From Candidatus Nitrosotenuis sp. (GTDB lineage Archaea > Thermoproteota > Nitrososphaeria > Nitrososphaerales > Nitrosopumilaceae): DNA of 64,000 bases. Position 1 is the first letter of the stretch. The number at the start of each line of letters is the position of its first letter. The DNA is taken from assembly GCA_004322465.1 (NCBI GenBank), contig SCVO01000083.1:6983-70982 (forward strand), given 5' to 3'. The notes beneath the pieces are model-generated. The model saw only the letters and a program-made list of their open reading frames with translations. It was not told where the DNA came from and did not search any database. Below are positions 27,560-37,717 of this stretch, piece by piece. The translations under genes and the position numbers were made by a program.

Positions 27560-28750
27560 CTAGTTGGAAGATCTCTCTTTCAGTATGGTAGTCAATTTAA
27601 TCGTGCTGCCGTCTCTGTTTACCTCTAATGCTATTTTATCGCCTACATTTTTGTTTTCAGATAGATACATTATCAATTCTGTAATGTCTTTTATTTTATG
27701 TTCGTCAACTGAGGTTATGACGTCACCACTCTTAATTTCTTGATTGATGTTATAGGTGGCTTCGCGCAACCCTGCTTTTTCTGCTGGGCTATCTTTTACG
27801 ACTTTTGTGACGAGAACTCCCTTGTAGTTCTTTGGAAGATCTAATTTTTTGACAATATCTGAAGTTAAGCTCGTTCCAGCTATTCCAAGCCAAGGGTGAC
27901 TGTACCCACCCTTCTCAATTAACATAGGAACAATCTTTTTGATGGCATTAGATGGAATTGCGAAACCGACGCCGGCAAACTCGCCCGTATTGGATTGAAT
28001 TGCAGTATTGATTCCTATGACTTTGCCCCACTGGTTCAGCAAGGGGCCGCCAGAGTTGCCCGGATTTATTGCAGCATCGGTTTGTATTACATTAGGTATG
28101 GAAAAGCCTTCCTGATTTGGAAGGAGTCGACCAATCTGACTCACTATGCCCGCAGTCATTGTACCGCTTAATCCAAAAGGATTTCCTATCGCAACCACCT
28201 GATCCCCAACTTCAATTTTAGACGAGTCGCCCAAAACTAGGGGTATGATGATCTCTTCAGATAAATCATCCATGATCTGTAAAACCGCAATATCGATGGA
28301 GGGATCTGTCCCAGTAACGTTGGCAGAATAAGTATTGCCATCTACAAATGTAACATCAACCGTTTTTGAGCCCTTTATGACGTGATTGTTGGTAATTATC
28401 AGGCCCGAATCCGAATATATGAATCCAGACCCGAGTTTTGTTGATTGTTTTTCCAATGGATTTCCGTTTACTGTGATGTCCGAATTCGTCTCAGATACCT
28501 TGCTTGTTATTTGGACGACTGAATTCTCTGTGCGTTTAAAGATCGATGATAACGACAGAACTTCATTAGAACCAGTTACATCACTTGAGATTGATGTTTG
28601 AACGTCTTTTGTCTCTGGCTGCCTTTCAATGACTTTAATCTCTTCGGCACGACTTTCTGAGCTTCTGCCAAAATTTGTAAAAACACCAATTAGAAGCAAA
28701 ACGCCCAAGATTCCTATTGTCGTCAACTGTATTGTTTGGCGACTTTTCAC
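27560..28750 (-). CDS. htrA: HtrA/DegP-like serine protease with PDZ domain
   Basis: ITNNHV, IDIAVL, GNPFG, QTDAAINPGNSGGPL. Confidence 0.95.
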   Translation of the reverse strand: MKSRQTIQLTTIGILGVLLLIGVFTNFGRSSESRAEEIKVIERQPETKDVQTSISSDVTGSNEVLSLSSIFKRTENSVVQITSKVSETNSDITVNGNPLEKQSTKLGSGFIYSDSGLIITNNHVIKGSKTVDVTFVDGNTYSANVTGTDPSIDIAVLQIMDDLSEEIIIPLVLGDSSKIEVGDQVVAIGNPFGLSGTMTAGIVSQIGRLLPNQEGFSIPNVIQTDAAINPGNSGGPLLNQWGKVIGINTAIQSNTGEFAGVGFAIPSNAIKKIVPMLIEKGGYSHPWLGIAGTSLTSDIVKKLDLPKNYKGVLVTKVVKDSPAEKAGLREATYNINQEIKSGDVITSVDEHKIKDITELIMYLSENKNVGDKIALEVNRDGSTIKLTTILKERSSN

Positions 28751-28849
28751 TCAACACACCGACTCTAGAGCCTCAACTGACGGCATTTTGCTATTTGAAG
28801 AGTTTTTCAATATTGACTCTGTATCGACTACGGGATGCACGTAACTCAC
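28751..28849 (-). CDS. 32-aa upstream ORF in frame with htrA, separated by one TGA
   Basis: GTG 22-30 nt after TTAATATAT; MSYVHPVVDTESILKNSSNSKMPSVEALESVC*. Confidence 0.35.
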   Translation of the reverse strand: MSYVHPVVDTESILKNSSNSKMPSVEALESVC

Positions 28850-28887
28850 GCCGACTCTGGGCAGTGCGAGATATATTAACACAGTAA

Positions 28888-28901
28888 TTTACAAACGTAA
28901 A
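28888..28901. promoter_or_regulatory. Island box TTTACAAACGTAAA
   Basis: Upstream of TATA for htrA. Confidence 0.7.
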
Positions 28902-28931
28902 ATTATGCTAGATGCAATTTTTTTAATTGCA

Positions 28932-30596
28932 TCAATGAGAATCTCTCTTAATTTGTAACTTGTCAGATTTATTCATTTTAACATTAATGTAAGCAAACCA
29001 AGCAATCACTATCGATAATAACAATGAAATTGTCACATAGGTGCTAGTTGGCATGTTGGCCTCTGCAATAGATTCTTTCTCATCAACGTCAAGAGGTTTG
29101 TTGGTAACTGGATTGATGAGGTGCTCAACTGGGGCAAATTGATCTGTTAACACAGAAACATCATCCGTCTTCATTTGGGAACCAACATAATTTTCAAGAA
29201 ATCTATCATGATACGCAAAATCGGTGTTTCTTTCAAATGCGGCATTAAAGTCAAGATTTGAGCGGGAAGTGACAAACATTATGTTCTGTACCGAAACAGA
29301 GTCAGATCCCTTAGTCTTGAACACGTAAATGGTAGGAAAGACTTGATTCATGGTTTTGTACACCGATCTCACTAACGTGGATGTGTCTCCCTCTGTCGTC
29401 CCTATTAGATTGGATACGACAACACCATTTGGCTCCAGTCGGCTCTTTAATAGTTCAAAATATTCCTGCGTCATAAGATGGAAGGGAACATAATATTTTG
29501 AGAAGGCATCCAAAATAATCACATCGTACTTTTCATCAGTGTTTGCAAGAAAGGTCCTGGCATCTTCATTAAAAATTCTTAGTCTCGGATCCTCGTTTAC
29601 CTTAAAGTAGGTTTTAGCAGCGCTAATTATGTCAGGATCTATTTCCACTACGTCAATCTGTGCGTTTGGGTAGGTTGCAAGAAAGTTTTTTGGTCCTGAA
29701 AAACCTCCACCTCCAATGAAAAGAACCTTTTGAAAATTCGGATTAAAGATCTCACCCATATGGAAATATTTTGTATATTCGACCACAAGTTCCTCTGGTT
29801 GATTCGGGTCCATCCGGCTATGGAGCATGCCATTTAGGTACATGGTTCTCATTTGTTTGGAATCAATAACATCAAGATGGCTGTACGGTGTTTCTTTTTC
29901 ATAAACTAGAGTCCCCGAATGCAAAATCGCACCTCCTACAACCGATGTGGGAAGGAAAACAAGAATTCCCACAAACACCACTAGTAACCTTGGAAATTTT
30001 GATAACCCTACGAGCGACACAAGCAGCAGAGAGATCCCTAAAGAAAAGATGATCTGGTTTACCTCAAAAAATGGGATCAGGCCAAATACCGCAAGAAAGG
30101 TTCCAGCGATGCTTCCAGCGGTCGATAAAAAATAAAGATTACCTGTCACACTGCCGACTCTGCTCAGCATTGTTGTACCCAGCTTTACCGAATACGGAGA
30201 AACCATGCCAAGTAGAAAAGATGGAACTGTAAGTAGTGTAAACGTGCTTAAAAGAACCGTTAAAGAATTTAGTGAATCTGAATCGTAAATGCCTATGATG
30301 AGTGGTGCGATATATGGTATGAATACCACATACAGTCCTGCAGAAAAAATCATCGTACTGAATTTGAACAAGGTGGGATTCCTGTCTGCAATTCTGCCCC
30401 CATAAAAATAACCTAGGCTTAATCCTGTGAGGACTACTCCGATTAAACTACCCCATGTGTACGTGGTACTTCCAAATACTGGGGTAAGTATGCGGCTTGA
30501 AACTATTTCGAGTGCCATCACAGATGCACCACAAATAAACACCAGGACAGCAAGACGCCAAAACTTTACTGTTGTAGATCTAGTCTGCACCTTCAT
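28932..30596 (-). CDS. Membrane-fused spermidine synthase-like methyl/aminopropyl-transferase
   Basis: 7-TM N-terminus; VLFIGGGGFS, VEIDP, EDAR, YDVIILDAF. Confidence 0.88.
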   Translation of the reverse strand: MKVQTRSTTVKFWRLAVLVFICGASVMALEIVSSRILTPVFGSTTYTWGSLIGVVLTGLSLGYFYGGRIADRNPTLFKFSTMIFSAGLYVVFIPYIAPLIIGIYDSDSLNSLTVLLSTFTLLTVPSFLLGMVSPYSVKLGTTMLSRVGSVTGNLYFLSTAGSIAGTFLAVFGLIPFFEVNQIIFSLGISLLLVSLVGLSKFPRLLVVFVGILVFLPTSVVGGAILHSGTLVYEKETPYSHLDVIDSKQMRTMYLNGMLHSRMDPNQPEELVVEYTKYFHMGEIFNPNFQKVLFIGGGGFSGPKNFLATYPNAQIDVVEIDPDIISAAKTYFKVNEDPRLRIFNEDARTFLANTDEKYDVIILDAFSKYYVPFHLMTQEYFELLKSRLEPNGVVVSNLIGTTEGDTSTLVRSVYKTMNQVFPTIYVFKTKGSDSVSVQNIMFVTSRSNLDFNAAFERNTDFAYHDRFLENYVGSQMKTDDVSVLTDQFAPVEHLINPVTNKPLDVDEKESIAEANMPTSTYVTISLLLSIVIAWFAYINVKMNKSDKLQIKRDSH

Positions 30597-30650
30597 TGAT
30601 TCACATCATGACTTTTGGTTTGATATTTTACTTTTGTGAATGTAGGCGAC

Positions 30651-30664
30651 TTTACAATTGTAAA
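30651..30664. promoter_or_regulatory. Island box TTTACAATTGTAAA
   Basis: Perfect palindrome between divergent genes. Confidence 0.8.
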
Positions 30665-30702
30665 TTACTATCTTTATCTAAGAGCATCATATCTTGTATG
30701 AT

Positions 30703-30849
30703 ATGAACAAAGATCCTGTATGCAATATGAATCTCTCTGATGATTCAACTTCAGTATCTTCGCAATTTGAAGGCAAAACTTACTACTTTTGCTGTCCGTC
30801 ATGCAAGAATGTATTTGAAAAAAACCCTCAAAAGTTCAAACAACAATGA
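30703..30849 (+). CDS. YHS-domain protein (absent from ORF track)
   Basis: MNKDPVCNM...EGKTYYFCCPSCKNVFEKNPQKF. Confidence 0.9.
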   Translation: MNKDPVCNMNLSDDSTSVSSQFEGKTYYFCCPSCKNVFEKNPQKFKQQ

Positions 30850-30947
30850 TCTGCATAACAATATTTGCAGCCCAAAACGCTAAAACATAATCAATAATCC
30901 AAATATACCGTCGCCGCATTAGTTGAAATCTGCTTTACGTTTGTATT

Positions 30948-30961
30948 CTTACGTTTGTAAA
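30948..30961. promoter_or_regulatory. Island box CTTACGTTTGTAAA (partial second copy just upstream)
   Basis: Upstream of regulator paralog 2. Confidence 0.7.
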
Positions 30962-30998
30962 GTACTGTTGTTAAATATGTTCCAAAGTGACATAAGCC

Positions 30999-31442
30999 AT
31001 GCCTATTAAACTGGACTCGATTGACACTGCTATTCTTAATGCCTTGTCAAAAGATGGCCGTAAATCATTCCGGCAGATGGCAAGAGAGATAGGAGCTAGC
31101 GCACCAACAGTAAAACTCAGGTATGAACGTCTTGTCAGTGTAGGTCTGATAAAATCTGTTTCACCAGTACTGGATCTCAGTAAAATAACTAGGACCGCCA
31201 AAGACAAACTGGACAATAATCTAACAAAAACACAGACAAACCAAATTGATCTTGAAAATGAGATTCTTCTTGATGTGGACTGTGAGTATTGTAAGGCACA
31301 AATTGCAGGAAAGCCGCTTACCTTGAAAATACTAGAACAGGAGCGGTTTTTCTGTTGTACCTCGTGCCGCTCGCTTTACAAAGAAAAGTATCGTGGAAGA
31401 ATAGACGCATTACTGTCAAAAGAATCAGCGAATAACGTCTGA
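30999..31442 (+). CDS. AsnC/Lrp HTH + TRASH regulator (paralog 2)
   Basis: Clearly similar to 23450-23890; CEYC...FFCCTSC. Confidence 0.88.
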   Translation: MPIKLDSIDTAILNALSKDGRKSFRQMAREIGASAPTVKLRYERLVSVGLIKSVSPVLDLSKITRTAKDKLDNNLTKTQTNQIDLENEILLDVDCEYCKAQIAGKPLTLKILEQERFFCCTSCRSLYKEKYRGRIDALLSKESANNV

Positions 31443-31454
31443 GTGAGCGGAAAT

Positions 31455-31468
31455 TTTACGTTTGTAAA
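31455..31468. promoter_or_regulatory. Island box TTTACGTTTGTAAA upstream of tfb
   Basis: About 10 nt upstream of TTATATA. Confidence 0.75.
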
Positions 31469-31508
31469 TTACTGTTGTTATATACGTCTGCGATTTTGAT
31501 CATTTGAA

Positions 31509-32468
31509 TTGTTGGCAAAGAAATCTACATGTCCTGAAAGAAATGACAAGGTTGACGCGTTAAACGGACCCGTTCCTCAAAATGGCAAAATTGATTATTC
31601 ATCCAGACATGACCATAAATCTGAGGAAAATCTGATCCTAGACAAAGAAAGCGACGAAGTCATTTGCAACATATGTGGCAGAGTTGTGATGGATAAAGAA
31701 TATTCGACACTTGGGCAAAACCCTTCCCAAAATGGACTCGATCAAGAAGATTTCAAAACAGCATCTTCAAGAATGTATGACAAAGGTTTGCCTACGATCA
31801 TGGGCTCTATTCACAAAGATTTTGGAGGCAAATCACTAGCAACTGATGCAAAAGATAAGTTTGGTAGATTGCGTCTTTTGGACAACCGTATCAAGTTGCA
31901 ATCGTTTAGCACTACTGTTGTGAAATCATTTTCCTTACTTGATGGGGTTAAAACAAAACTTGCAATACCTGATCACACTGCGGAAAAAGCAGTCTATCTT
32001 TTTAGAAAATTAATGGCAAAACAACCACGACAAGCAAGACTCTACACGTCAATGATTCTTGCGTCGCTTTACGCAGCATGCAAGCTTACAGGTACCCCAC
32101 GTACCATGCAAGAAATAGCCACAGCTGCGGATGTAAAAAAACGACGAATACTGCGAGACTATCGAATCCTAGTTGAAGCATTAGACTTGAGTTTTGAGCC
32201 CTACAAGCCATCCGAATTTGTTACAAGAATTTGCACAGGTCTTAGTCTGACCGAAAAAACTCGCCGACAGGCAATTTCAATATTATCGAAAGTAACACAA
32301 GATGTATTTTATGGAAAGAATCCAATTGCCTTGGCTGCGGCCGCAGTTTACATCTCATGCAAAAATAATACTGAACGAATAAACCAATTACGAATAGCAA
32401 GTTTGGTCGGGATAAGTAATGTCTCGTTAAGGAACATGTATGTTCTGCTGAGGGGAAACATAGCATGA
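31509..32468 (+). CDS. tfb: Transcription initiation factor B (accessory paralog)
   Basis: Degenerate Zn ribbon (..ICNICG), DKGLPT, two cyclin repeats, GKNPIALAAAAVY, C-terminal HTH. Confidence 0.92.
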   Translation: MLAKKSTCPERNDKVDALNGPVPQNGKIDYSSRHDHKSEENLILDKESDEVICNICGRVVMDKEYSTLGQNPSQNGLDQEDFKTASSRMYDKGLPTIMGSIHKDFGGKSLATDAKDKFGRLRLLDNRIKLQSFSTTVVKSFSLLDGVKTKLAIPDHTAEKAVYLFRKLMAKQPRQARLYTSMILASLYAACKLTGTPRTMQEIATAADVKKRRILRDYRILVEALDLSFEPYKPSEFVTRICTGLSLTEKTRRQAISILSKVTQDVFYGKNPIALAAAAVYISCKNNTERINQLRIASLVGISNVSLRNMYVLLRGNIA

Positions 32469-32854
32469 AACTAACAATCGCTTTTGTCATAACCGCAATC
32501 TCAATAGTGTTGCTTTTGGTCTATGGTGCTGATGCAGTCTGGAGCATAGGGAAGACACATGGATTTCTGCCGCTGGATGCACGAACAAGAGGGATGGTTC
32601 TTGGCTTTCCATCCGTAATACTGCCGGTAATAGCTTACATAATGACAAAAAGCTCGCCCTCAAGAAACCTTGGGGTTATGATTGCAATAGCAGGCGTGTT
32701 GACGTTCAGCGGTTCCATAGTTTTCTTGGGATTGCAAGATCAAAATCAAGCAACAGATCCAAATCAACTAAGAAGCGCCGTTTCGTCGTTTGTAGTAATA
32801 CTTGTAGGCATTGTCATTTCAGTTTTAGGCGCACTTAAAATTAAAAAATCATAG
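32465..32854 (+). CDS. Four-TM membrane protein
   Basis: Paralog of 27107-27493. Confidence 0.75.
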   Translation: MKLTIAFVITAISIVLLLVYGADAVWSIGKTHGFLPLDARTRGMVLGFPSVILPVIAYIMTKSSPSRNLGVMIAIAGVLTFSGSIVFLGLQDQNQATDPNQLRSAVSSFVVILVGIVISVLGALKIKKS

Positions 32855-32870
32855 CAATCTTTGATCACTT

Positions 32871-33380
32871 ATGACCAGTATGAGAACGGTAGCAATAATC
32901 TTCGGAGTGGCTGGGATATCAGCTATTATGTTTTACATCCCAAGCATCCACACTTACACTGAGACTACATTAGAATCACAAGACGAGAAAATAAGAGAAA
33001 AATATCATCAAGCAAAGGTGGATGTGAATGGATTTGAAATAATGGCAGACATTGCAATGACGCCAGACCAGCAGGAAAAGGGTCTTTCAGTAAAGGACAC
33101 GTTAAAAGAAAACGAGGGGATGCTTTTCATATTCCAAAGAGAGGGCAAATATAATTTTTGGATGAATGGAATGAAATTCCCAATCGACATTTTGTGGCTT
33201 GACACGGCAGGAAAAGTAGTGCATATCGAATCAAACTTGCAGCCTTGTGTGTCAGAGAAGGATTGTCCTGACTTTGCCCCCTCCAAAGATGCGCTCTATG
33301 TACTCGAGACTGCGTCTGGGTTTGCAGAAAGGCACGACATCAAGATCGGCACAGACATCGATTTTCAATTAATAAAATAA
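32871..33380 (+). CDS. DUF192-family protein
   Basis: A.TP..Q.KGL, GMLFIF, FWMNGMKFPIDILWLD. Confidence 0.9.
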   Translation: MTSMRTVAIIFGVAGISAIMFYIPSIHTYTETTLESQDEKIREKYHQAKVDVNGFEIMADIAMTPDQQEKGLSVKDTLKENEGMLFIFQREGKYNFWMNGMKFPIDILWLDTAGKVVHIESNLQPCVSEKDCPDFAPSKDALYVLETASGFAERHDIKIGTDIDFQLIK

Positions 33381-33427
33381 ACTTGAGATTCTGATCGTTT
33401 TATCTAATAGAACTTTGTTAGTTTGAT

Positions 33428-33550
33428 ATGGAGATAAAATGTGCAGATTGTGGTTGTTCGCCTGAGGATTGCAGGCAATCAAAATCTTCAAAAGAATGTC
33501 CCAAGTGTACCTTGGATGAATGTTGTTGCTGGAATGCAATTAATCTGTAA
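33428..33550 (+). CDS. Metallothionein-like Cys-rich microprotein (absent from ORF track)
   Basis: MEIKCADCGCSPEDCRQSKSSKECPKCTLDECCCWNAINL, 9 Cys in 40 aa. Confidence 0.7.
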   Translation: MEIKCADCGCSPEDCRQSKSSKECPKCTLDECCCWNAINL

Positions 33551-33570
33551 ATGAGTGTCAGATAGGATGT

Positions 33571-34653
33571 TTAATGCATTGATGAAAACGGATGCGGTGC
33601 TGTCAGCACAGCAAGTGCCATCGCAATTACAAACACCATTTTTCTTCTTTTGGATAATGGTGATATGTCGTCAAGTGGCCTTACATCAAAATTCCTCATG
33701 CTGAACGAAAGAATAAAGAGCGCCATAAACCAGTATCCGAGACCAAACAGCACTGCGATTCCAATGTATGTTGTTATTTTGTGCCATTTTCTTCCAAGTG
33801 TGGCCCTTGCAATGTGCCCCCCATCAAGCTGCCATGCAGGAAGCAAGTTCAAAAATGTAATCAAAAAGCCAAGCCATGCCGCATAAAGCACAGGCGACAT
33901 GAGCATCTCCATTCCTTCCGTCGTTCTGCCCGTGAGTGTGATTATTCCATTCATCAGTATGCTTGGATGGACCTGAACAAAATCCGATTTTGAAAATAAT
34001 GCCTGAGCTTCACTAATTGGCACTATTGGAGAGACATATGCGCCATAAACTGTTACAATTATAGCTATTATCAGGCCGGCAATCGGACCTGCAAACCCGA
34101 CATCAAATAGAATGTCCCGATTTTTCATAAAGCCCCTCTGCATGATCAGTGCCCCAAACGTTGGAATGCCGAGCACCGGAATGCCTGGAATGAAGTAAGG
34201 CCACGTAGCACGTATTTTGTGTTTTTTCAAGGCTATGAGATGTCCTAGCTCATGGATTCCAAGTATGCCAATTAGTGATGCAGTGTACAGTACAGCAATT
34301 TGTAGAGGATCTCCAATTGGAATAATCTTGTTTGCATATACTGTGCGAAAATACCCATCAATCATCACCATCACAATGGTTACTGCAAAAAGTATTCTTG
34401 GAATCCAAACCCTTGAAGGACGCGGAGGCTGAAATCTTGCAACCAATACAAACAATCTTCCATCGACTCTTTCAAGCCTTGCTGCAAGGTTTAATGGCTC
34501 AAGTCTCTGAATCAGCGTGACAAATTTTTCCTTGAACCTATCCCCGTCTATTTCAAATTGAAGTGCATCAAGATTCTGCCGCATTCCTCTTACTGTAAAA
34601 ATTGACGATACAATAGAAATCGCATCTTGTGACGGAGTTTCAGGACTGGTCAT
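33571..34653 (-). CDS. Site-2 protease (peptidase M50)
   Basis: HELGH, AGP, NLLPAWQLDGGH. Confidence 0.93.
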   Translation of the reverse strand: MTSPETPSQDAISIVSSIFTVRGMRQNLDALQFEIDGDRFKEKFVTLIQRLEPLNLAARLERVDGRLFVLVARFQPPRPSRVWIPRILFAVTIVMVMIDGYFRTVYANKIIPIGDPLQIAVLYTASLIGILGIHELGHLIALKKHKIRATWPYFIPGIPVLGIPTFGALIMQRGFMKNRDILFDVGFAGPIAGLIIAIIVTVYGAYVSPIVPISEAQALFSKSDFVQVHPSILMNGIITLTGRTTEGMEMLMSPVLYAAWLGFLITFLNLLPAWQLDGGHIARATLGRKWHKITTYIGIAVLFGLGYWFMALFILSFSMRNFDVRPLDDISPLSKRRKMVFVIAMALAVLTAPHPFSSMH

Positions 34654-34687
34654 ATTGATACCTCACTAGAATCCGGCAAAGATTGTA

Positions 34688-36865
34688 TCAACGCGTTTTC
34701 TCCAGAACGACCTGCATTTCTTTTTGGGATTTTGCATCTTCGGTCACGATGAGAGGTTTTTTCTCGTCGATTTTAAATCGCTTTAGAAAATACGAGTTGC
34801 CAATTACTGATATGGAGCTAAACGCCATTGCCGCCGCCGCAATAATTGGACTGAGCAGTCCGATTGCCGCAATCGGGATGGCTGCAGCGTTGTAGATCAA
34901 GGCCCAAAACAGATTCTGTTTTATCTTTCTCATGGTAGCCCGGGCAAGTCTTACTGCTCGTGCAACATCCATGATGTCGTCTCTGATCAGTATGATCCCG
35001 CCAGTTTCTTTTGCAATATCAGAACCGCTCCCGATTGCAATTCCAATGTCTGCCTGAGCAAGGGCAGGGGCATCGTTAATGCCATCTCCTACCATAGCCA
35101 CTATTTTTTTCTCAGACTGGAGTCTCTTGATTACGTCTGCCTTTTCTGCAGGCAAAACGTTTGCAATCACTTTGTCGATTCCAACATTTTTTGCGACTGC
35201 TTTAGCAGTCTTTTCGTTGTCGCCTGTTAACATCACGGTTTCTATTTTAAGTGATTTTAGGGATTCTATTGCGGATCTTGAGGACTCTTTGAGTGTGTCT
35301 GCGACTGCAATCAGTCCTGCAATGCCTTGATCAACTGCGACAATCATCACGGTTTTTCCCTCCGATTCGAGCGATTCCATTTTTTGTTCTATGTGATCCG
35401 TTGATATGGCAAATTTACCAAGCAGTTTTCTGTTTCCAAAAAGAACCTGTTTTCCATCTACTTGGGCCCTTACGCCCATCCCAGAAACGGCTTCAAAGTT
35501 TTGTGGGTTTTTAATCAAAATATCTTTCATTTTGGCTTCCTTTAGAATTGCCTGGGCAAGCGGGTGCTCAGAGCCGGTCTCAACACTTGACGCATACCCG
35601 ATAATCTGATTTTCTGAAAATTGCCCAAAAACGACAATGTCTGTTACCGATGGCTCCCCCTTTGTCAGAGTCCCTGTCTTGTCGAACACTATTGTGGTAA
35701 TTTTTTGTGATCTTTCCAGGTATTCGGCACCACGAATCAAAATTCCGGCCTCTGCGCCCTTTCCGACTCCTACCATCAGGGCTGCAGGTGTCGCAATCCC
35801 CAATGCGCAAGGACATGAAATTATTAGAACGGCAATAAAAGCAAGCAACCCTGTCACAAAGCTTCCAAATATGAAAAACCATACCACGAAGGTAGCAACG
35901 GCCATAAGTACGACTGCCGGAACAAACTTGGCCGATATGGAATCCGCAAGTCTTTGAATTTTCGTGCTGGATGATTGTGCCTGCTCAACAATGTGCGCTA
36001 TCTGGGACAACGTTGTGTCTTTGCCCACTTTTGTCGCCCTTATCTTTAGCAGCCCTTGTTTGTTCATCGTAGCCCCAATTACGCCGTCTCCTATGTTTTT
36101 GTCAACTGGCATGCTTTCGCCTGTGATCATCTTTTCATCAACACTTGATGTTCCCTCAATTACGATTCCATCCGTTGGAATTTTTTCGCCAGGCCTTATT
36201 ATCAGAACGTCTCCTACCTGTACCTGTATTGCCGGGATCTCAACTTCGTTGCCGTCTTTGAGAAGTGTCGCCATCGTGGGCCTAAGATCTAATAGCTTTC
36301 TTACTGCTGCAGATCCTTTTTTCTTGATTGCTTCCTCCATAAACTTCCCAAGTAATACAAACGCGATAATGACCGCTGATACCTCAAAGTAGACGTCGCG
36401 TTCTTTTACTGGAAGGGCATCAGGGAGGAACACGACTATTGTACTGTAAATGTAAGCAACCAATGTACCAACAGAAATTAAAAGATCCATGTTTGCTGTC
36501 TTTCTCTTTATTCCCTCATATGCTCCAACATAGAACGTCCAACCCCCAATCAGCTGAATCGGTGTGACTATGATGAAAAGTAGTAGGCCCCACGTAAGAT
36601 ACGGAATGTTGGGAATCGGAACCCAAGTTACTGTAACTGCGCCAACCGCCAGTCCTAGATACAATCCAGCCCTTAGGATTGCTAGAACAAGCGCGCCTGA
36701 TGCTGCGACATACATCCTTTTTTTGAGACTGGCCAACTCTTTTTCCGGGTTTACAAATGTCTTCTGACAGTTAGGGCTGCAAAAGAAAAACTGCTTTCCA
36801 CCAATTTCCGAACTTAAAGCGGTTTTTTCATTCACTATCATTCCGCAAACTGGGTCTTTGGCCAT
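34688..36865 (-). CDS. copA: Cu(I) P1B-1 ATPase with N-terminal YHS/TRASH domain
   Basis: KDPVCGM..FFCSPNC, CPC, DKTGT, HP, GDGIND, YN, MAFSS. Confidence 0.95.
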   Translation of the reverse strand: MAKDPVCGMIVNEKTALSSEIGGKQFFFCSPNCQKTFVNPEKELASLKKRMYVAASGALVLAILRAGLYLGLAVGAVTVTWVPIPNIPYLTWGLLLFIIVTPIQLIGGWTFYVGAYEGIKRKTANMDLLISVGTLVAYIYSTIVVFLPDALPVKERDVYFEVSAVIIAFVLLGKFMEEAIKKKGSAAVRKLLDLRPTMATLLKDGNEVEIPAIQVQVGDVLIIRPGEKIPTDGIVIEGTSSVDEKMITGESMPVDKNIGDGVIGATMNKQGLLKIRATKVGKDTTLSQIAHIVEQAQSSSTKIQRLADSISAKFVPAVVLMAVATFVVWFFIFGSFVTGLLAFIAVLIISCPCALGIATPAALMVGVGKGAEAGILIRGAEYLERSQKITTIVFDKTGTLTKGEPSVTDIVVFGQFSENQIIGYASSVETGSEHPLAQAILKEAKMKDILIKNPQNFEAVSGMGVRAQVDGKQVLFGNRKLLGKFAISTDHIEQKMESLESEGKTVMIVAVDQGIAGLIAVADTLKESSRSAIESLKSLKIETVMLTGDNEKTAKAVAKNVGIDKVIANVLPAEKADVIKRLQSEKKIVAMVGDGINDAPALAQADIGIAIGSGSDIAKETGGIILIRDDIMDVARAVRLARATMRKIKQNLFWALIYNAAAIPIAAIGLLSPIIAAAAMAFSSISVIGNSYFLKRFKIDEKKPLIVTEDAKSQKEMQVVLEKTR

Positions 36866-36997
36866 GTTTCATTTTGGGTTTTTATGACTATAAACGAGAC
36901 ATCTATTATCAAGGCTGAATTTCAGAGATGATAACACATTGTTACCAGAAAGAATCGCTGTCCATATTATTGTGACATCTCAGTATAACATTGATGA

Positions 36998-37011
36998 TTT
37001 ACAAATGTAAA
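36998..37011. promoter_or_regulatory. Island box TTTACAAATGTAAA
   Basis: Between divergent copA2 and paralog 3. Confidence 0.75.
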
Positions 37012-37092
37012 GTTACAAATAGAAACTTCAATCGCTTATCAATTTTGATTATTGTATGTGATGTTTAAATTCAAATCTGTTCATAATACAAT

Positions 37093-37272
37093 ATGTTCGA
37101 AAAATATTGTCCAATGTGCGGTGTCGAGGTAAAAAAAGGAACTGAAATCAAGAGATTCGGAAAATACTTCTGCTCCCAAGATCACGCTCAGCAATATGTA
37201 ACTAGGAGAGATGAAGAAGAGCAGAGAATGTCAGAAGAACGAAGACGACAGCCCCGTGGCGGCAGTTGCTGA
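37093..37272 (+). CDS. Small YHS/TRASH-like protein ending GGSC (paralog 3; absent from ORF track)
   Basis: MFEKYCPMCGVEVKKGTEIKRFGKYFCSQDHAQQY...PRGGSC. Confidence 0.88.
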   Translation: MFEKYCPMCGVEVKKGTEIKRFGKYFCSQDHAQQYVTRRDEEEQRMSEERRRQPRGGSC

Positions 37273-37285
37273 CCGGGAATCAAAA

Positions 37286-37717
37286 ATGAATACGCCTCAT
37301 GACAGGGCCACACTGCAAGAGATCTTGTCGATAACTGCCGGTCTGTTCATGTCAATCGGTGGAATCTCTACTCTTTTGATGAGCGGCTGGTACCAATCAA
37401 TGCCAATCGGACAATCCATGAAGGATGCAATGATGAGCAGTTGGTGGCAGACAATCATGCCTCAGACATATCTGTCAGTGATGTGGATAATGGCGGCAGT
37501 ATCTCTGATGGCTGGAATAACCGTGATTATCGCTTCCTACCGAATTCACAAAGAGCCTGAAAGAATCAGACAATGGGGTTTTGTCGTATTAATCGCATCC
37601 ATAGTTGGGATATTCTGCGCAAGTGGATTTGGAATAGGTGGGGCCATTCTAGGAATTATTGCTGGTGCATCATCGCTAAGAAAGGGAACAAGGCAGCATC
37701 ATGAAAGGCTCAACTAG
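37286..37717 (+). CDS. Met-rich membrane protein
   Basis: 4 TM; start moved to ATG 37286. Confidence 0.7.
   Translation: MNTPHDRATLQEILSITAGLFMSIGGISTLLMSGWYQSMPIGQSMKDAMMSSWWQTIMPQTYLSVMWIMAAVSLMAGITVIIASYRIHKEPERIRQWGFVVLIASIVGIFCASGFGIGGAILGIIAGASSLRKGTRQHHERLN

Noticed and set aside
28751-28753. Selenocysteine readthrough at TGT-TGA
   Set aside because: No SECIS evidence, and this lineage is not known to use Sec
37270-37272. Sec readthrough giving GGSCU, matching the GGCC paralogs
   Set aside because: Same reason; a plain stop fits the paralog lengths
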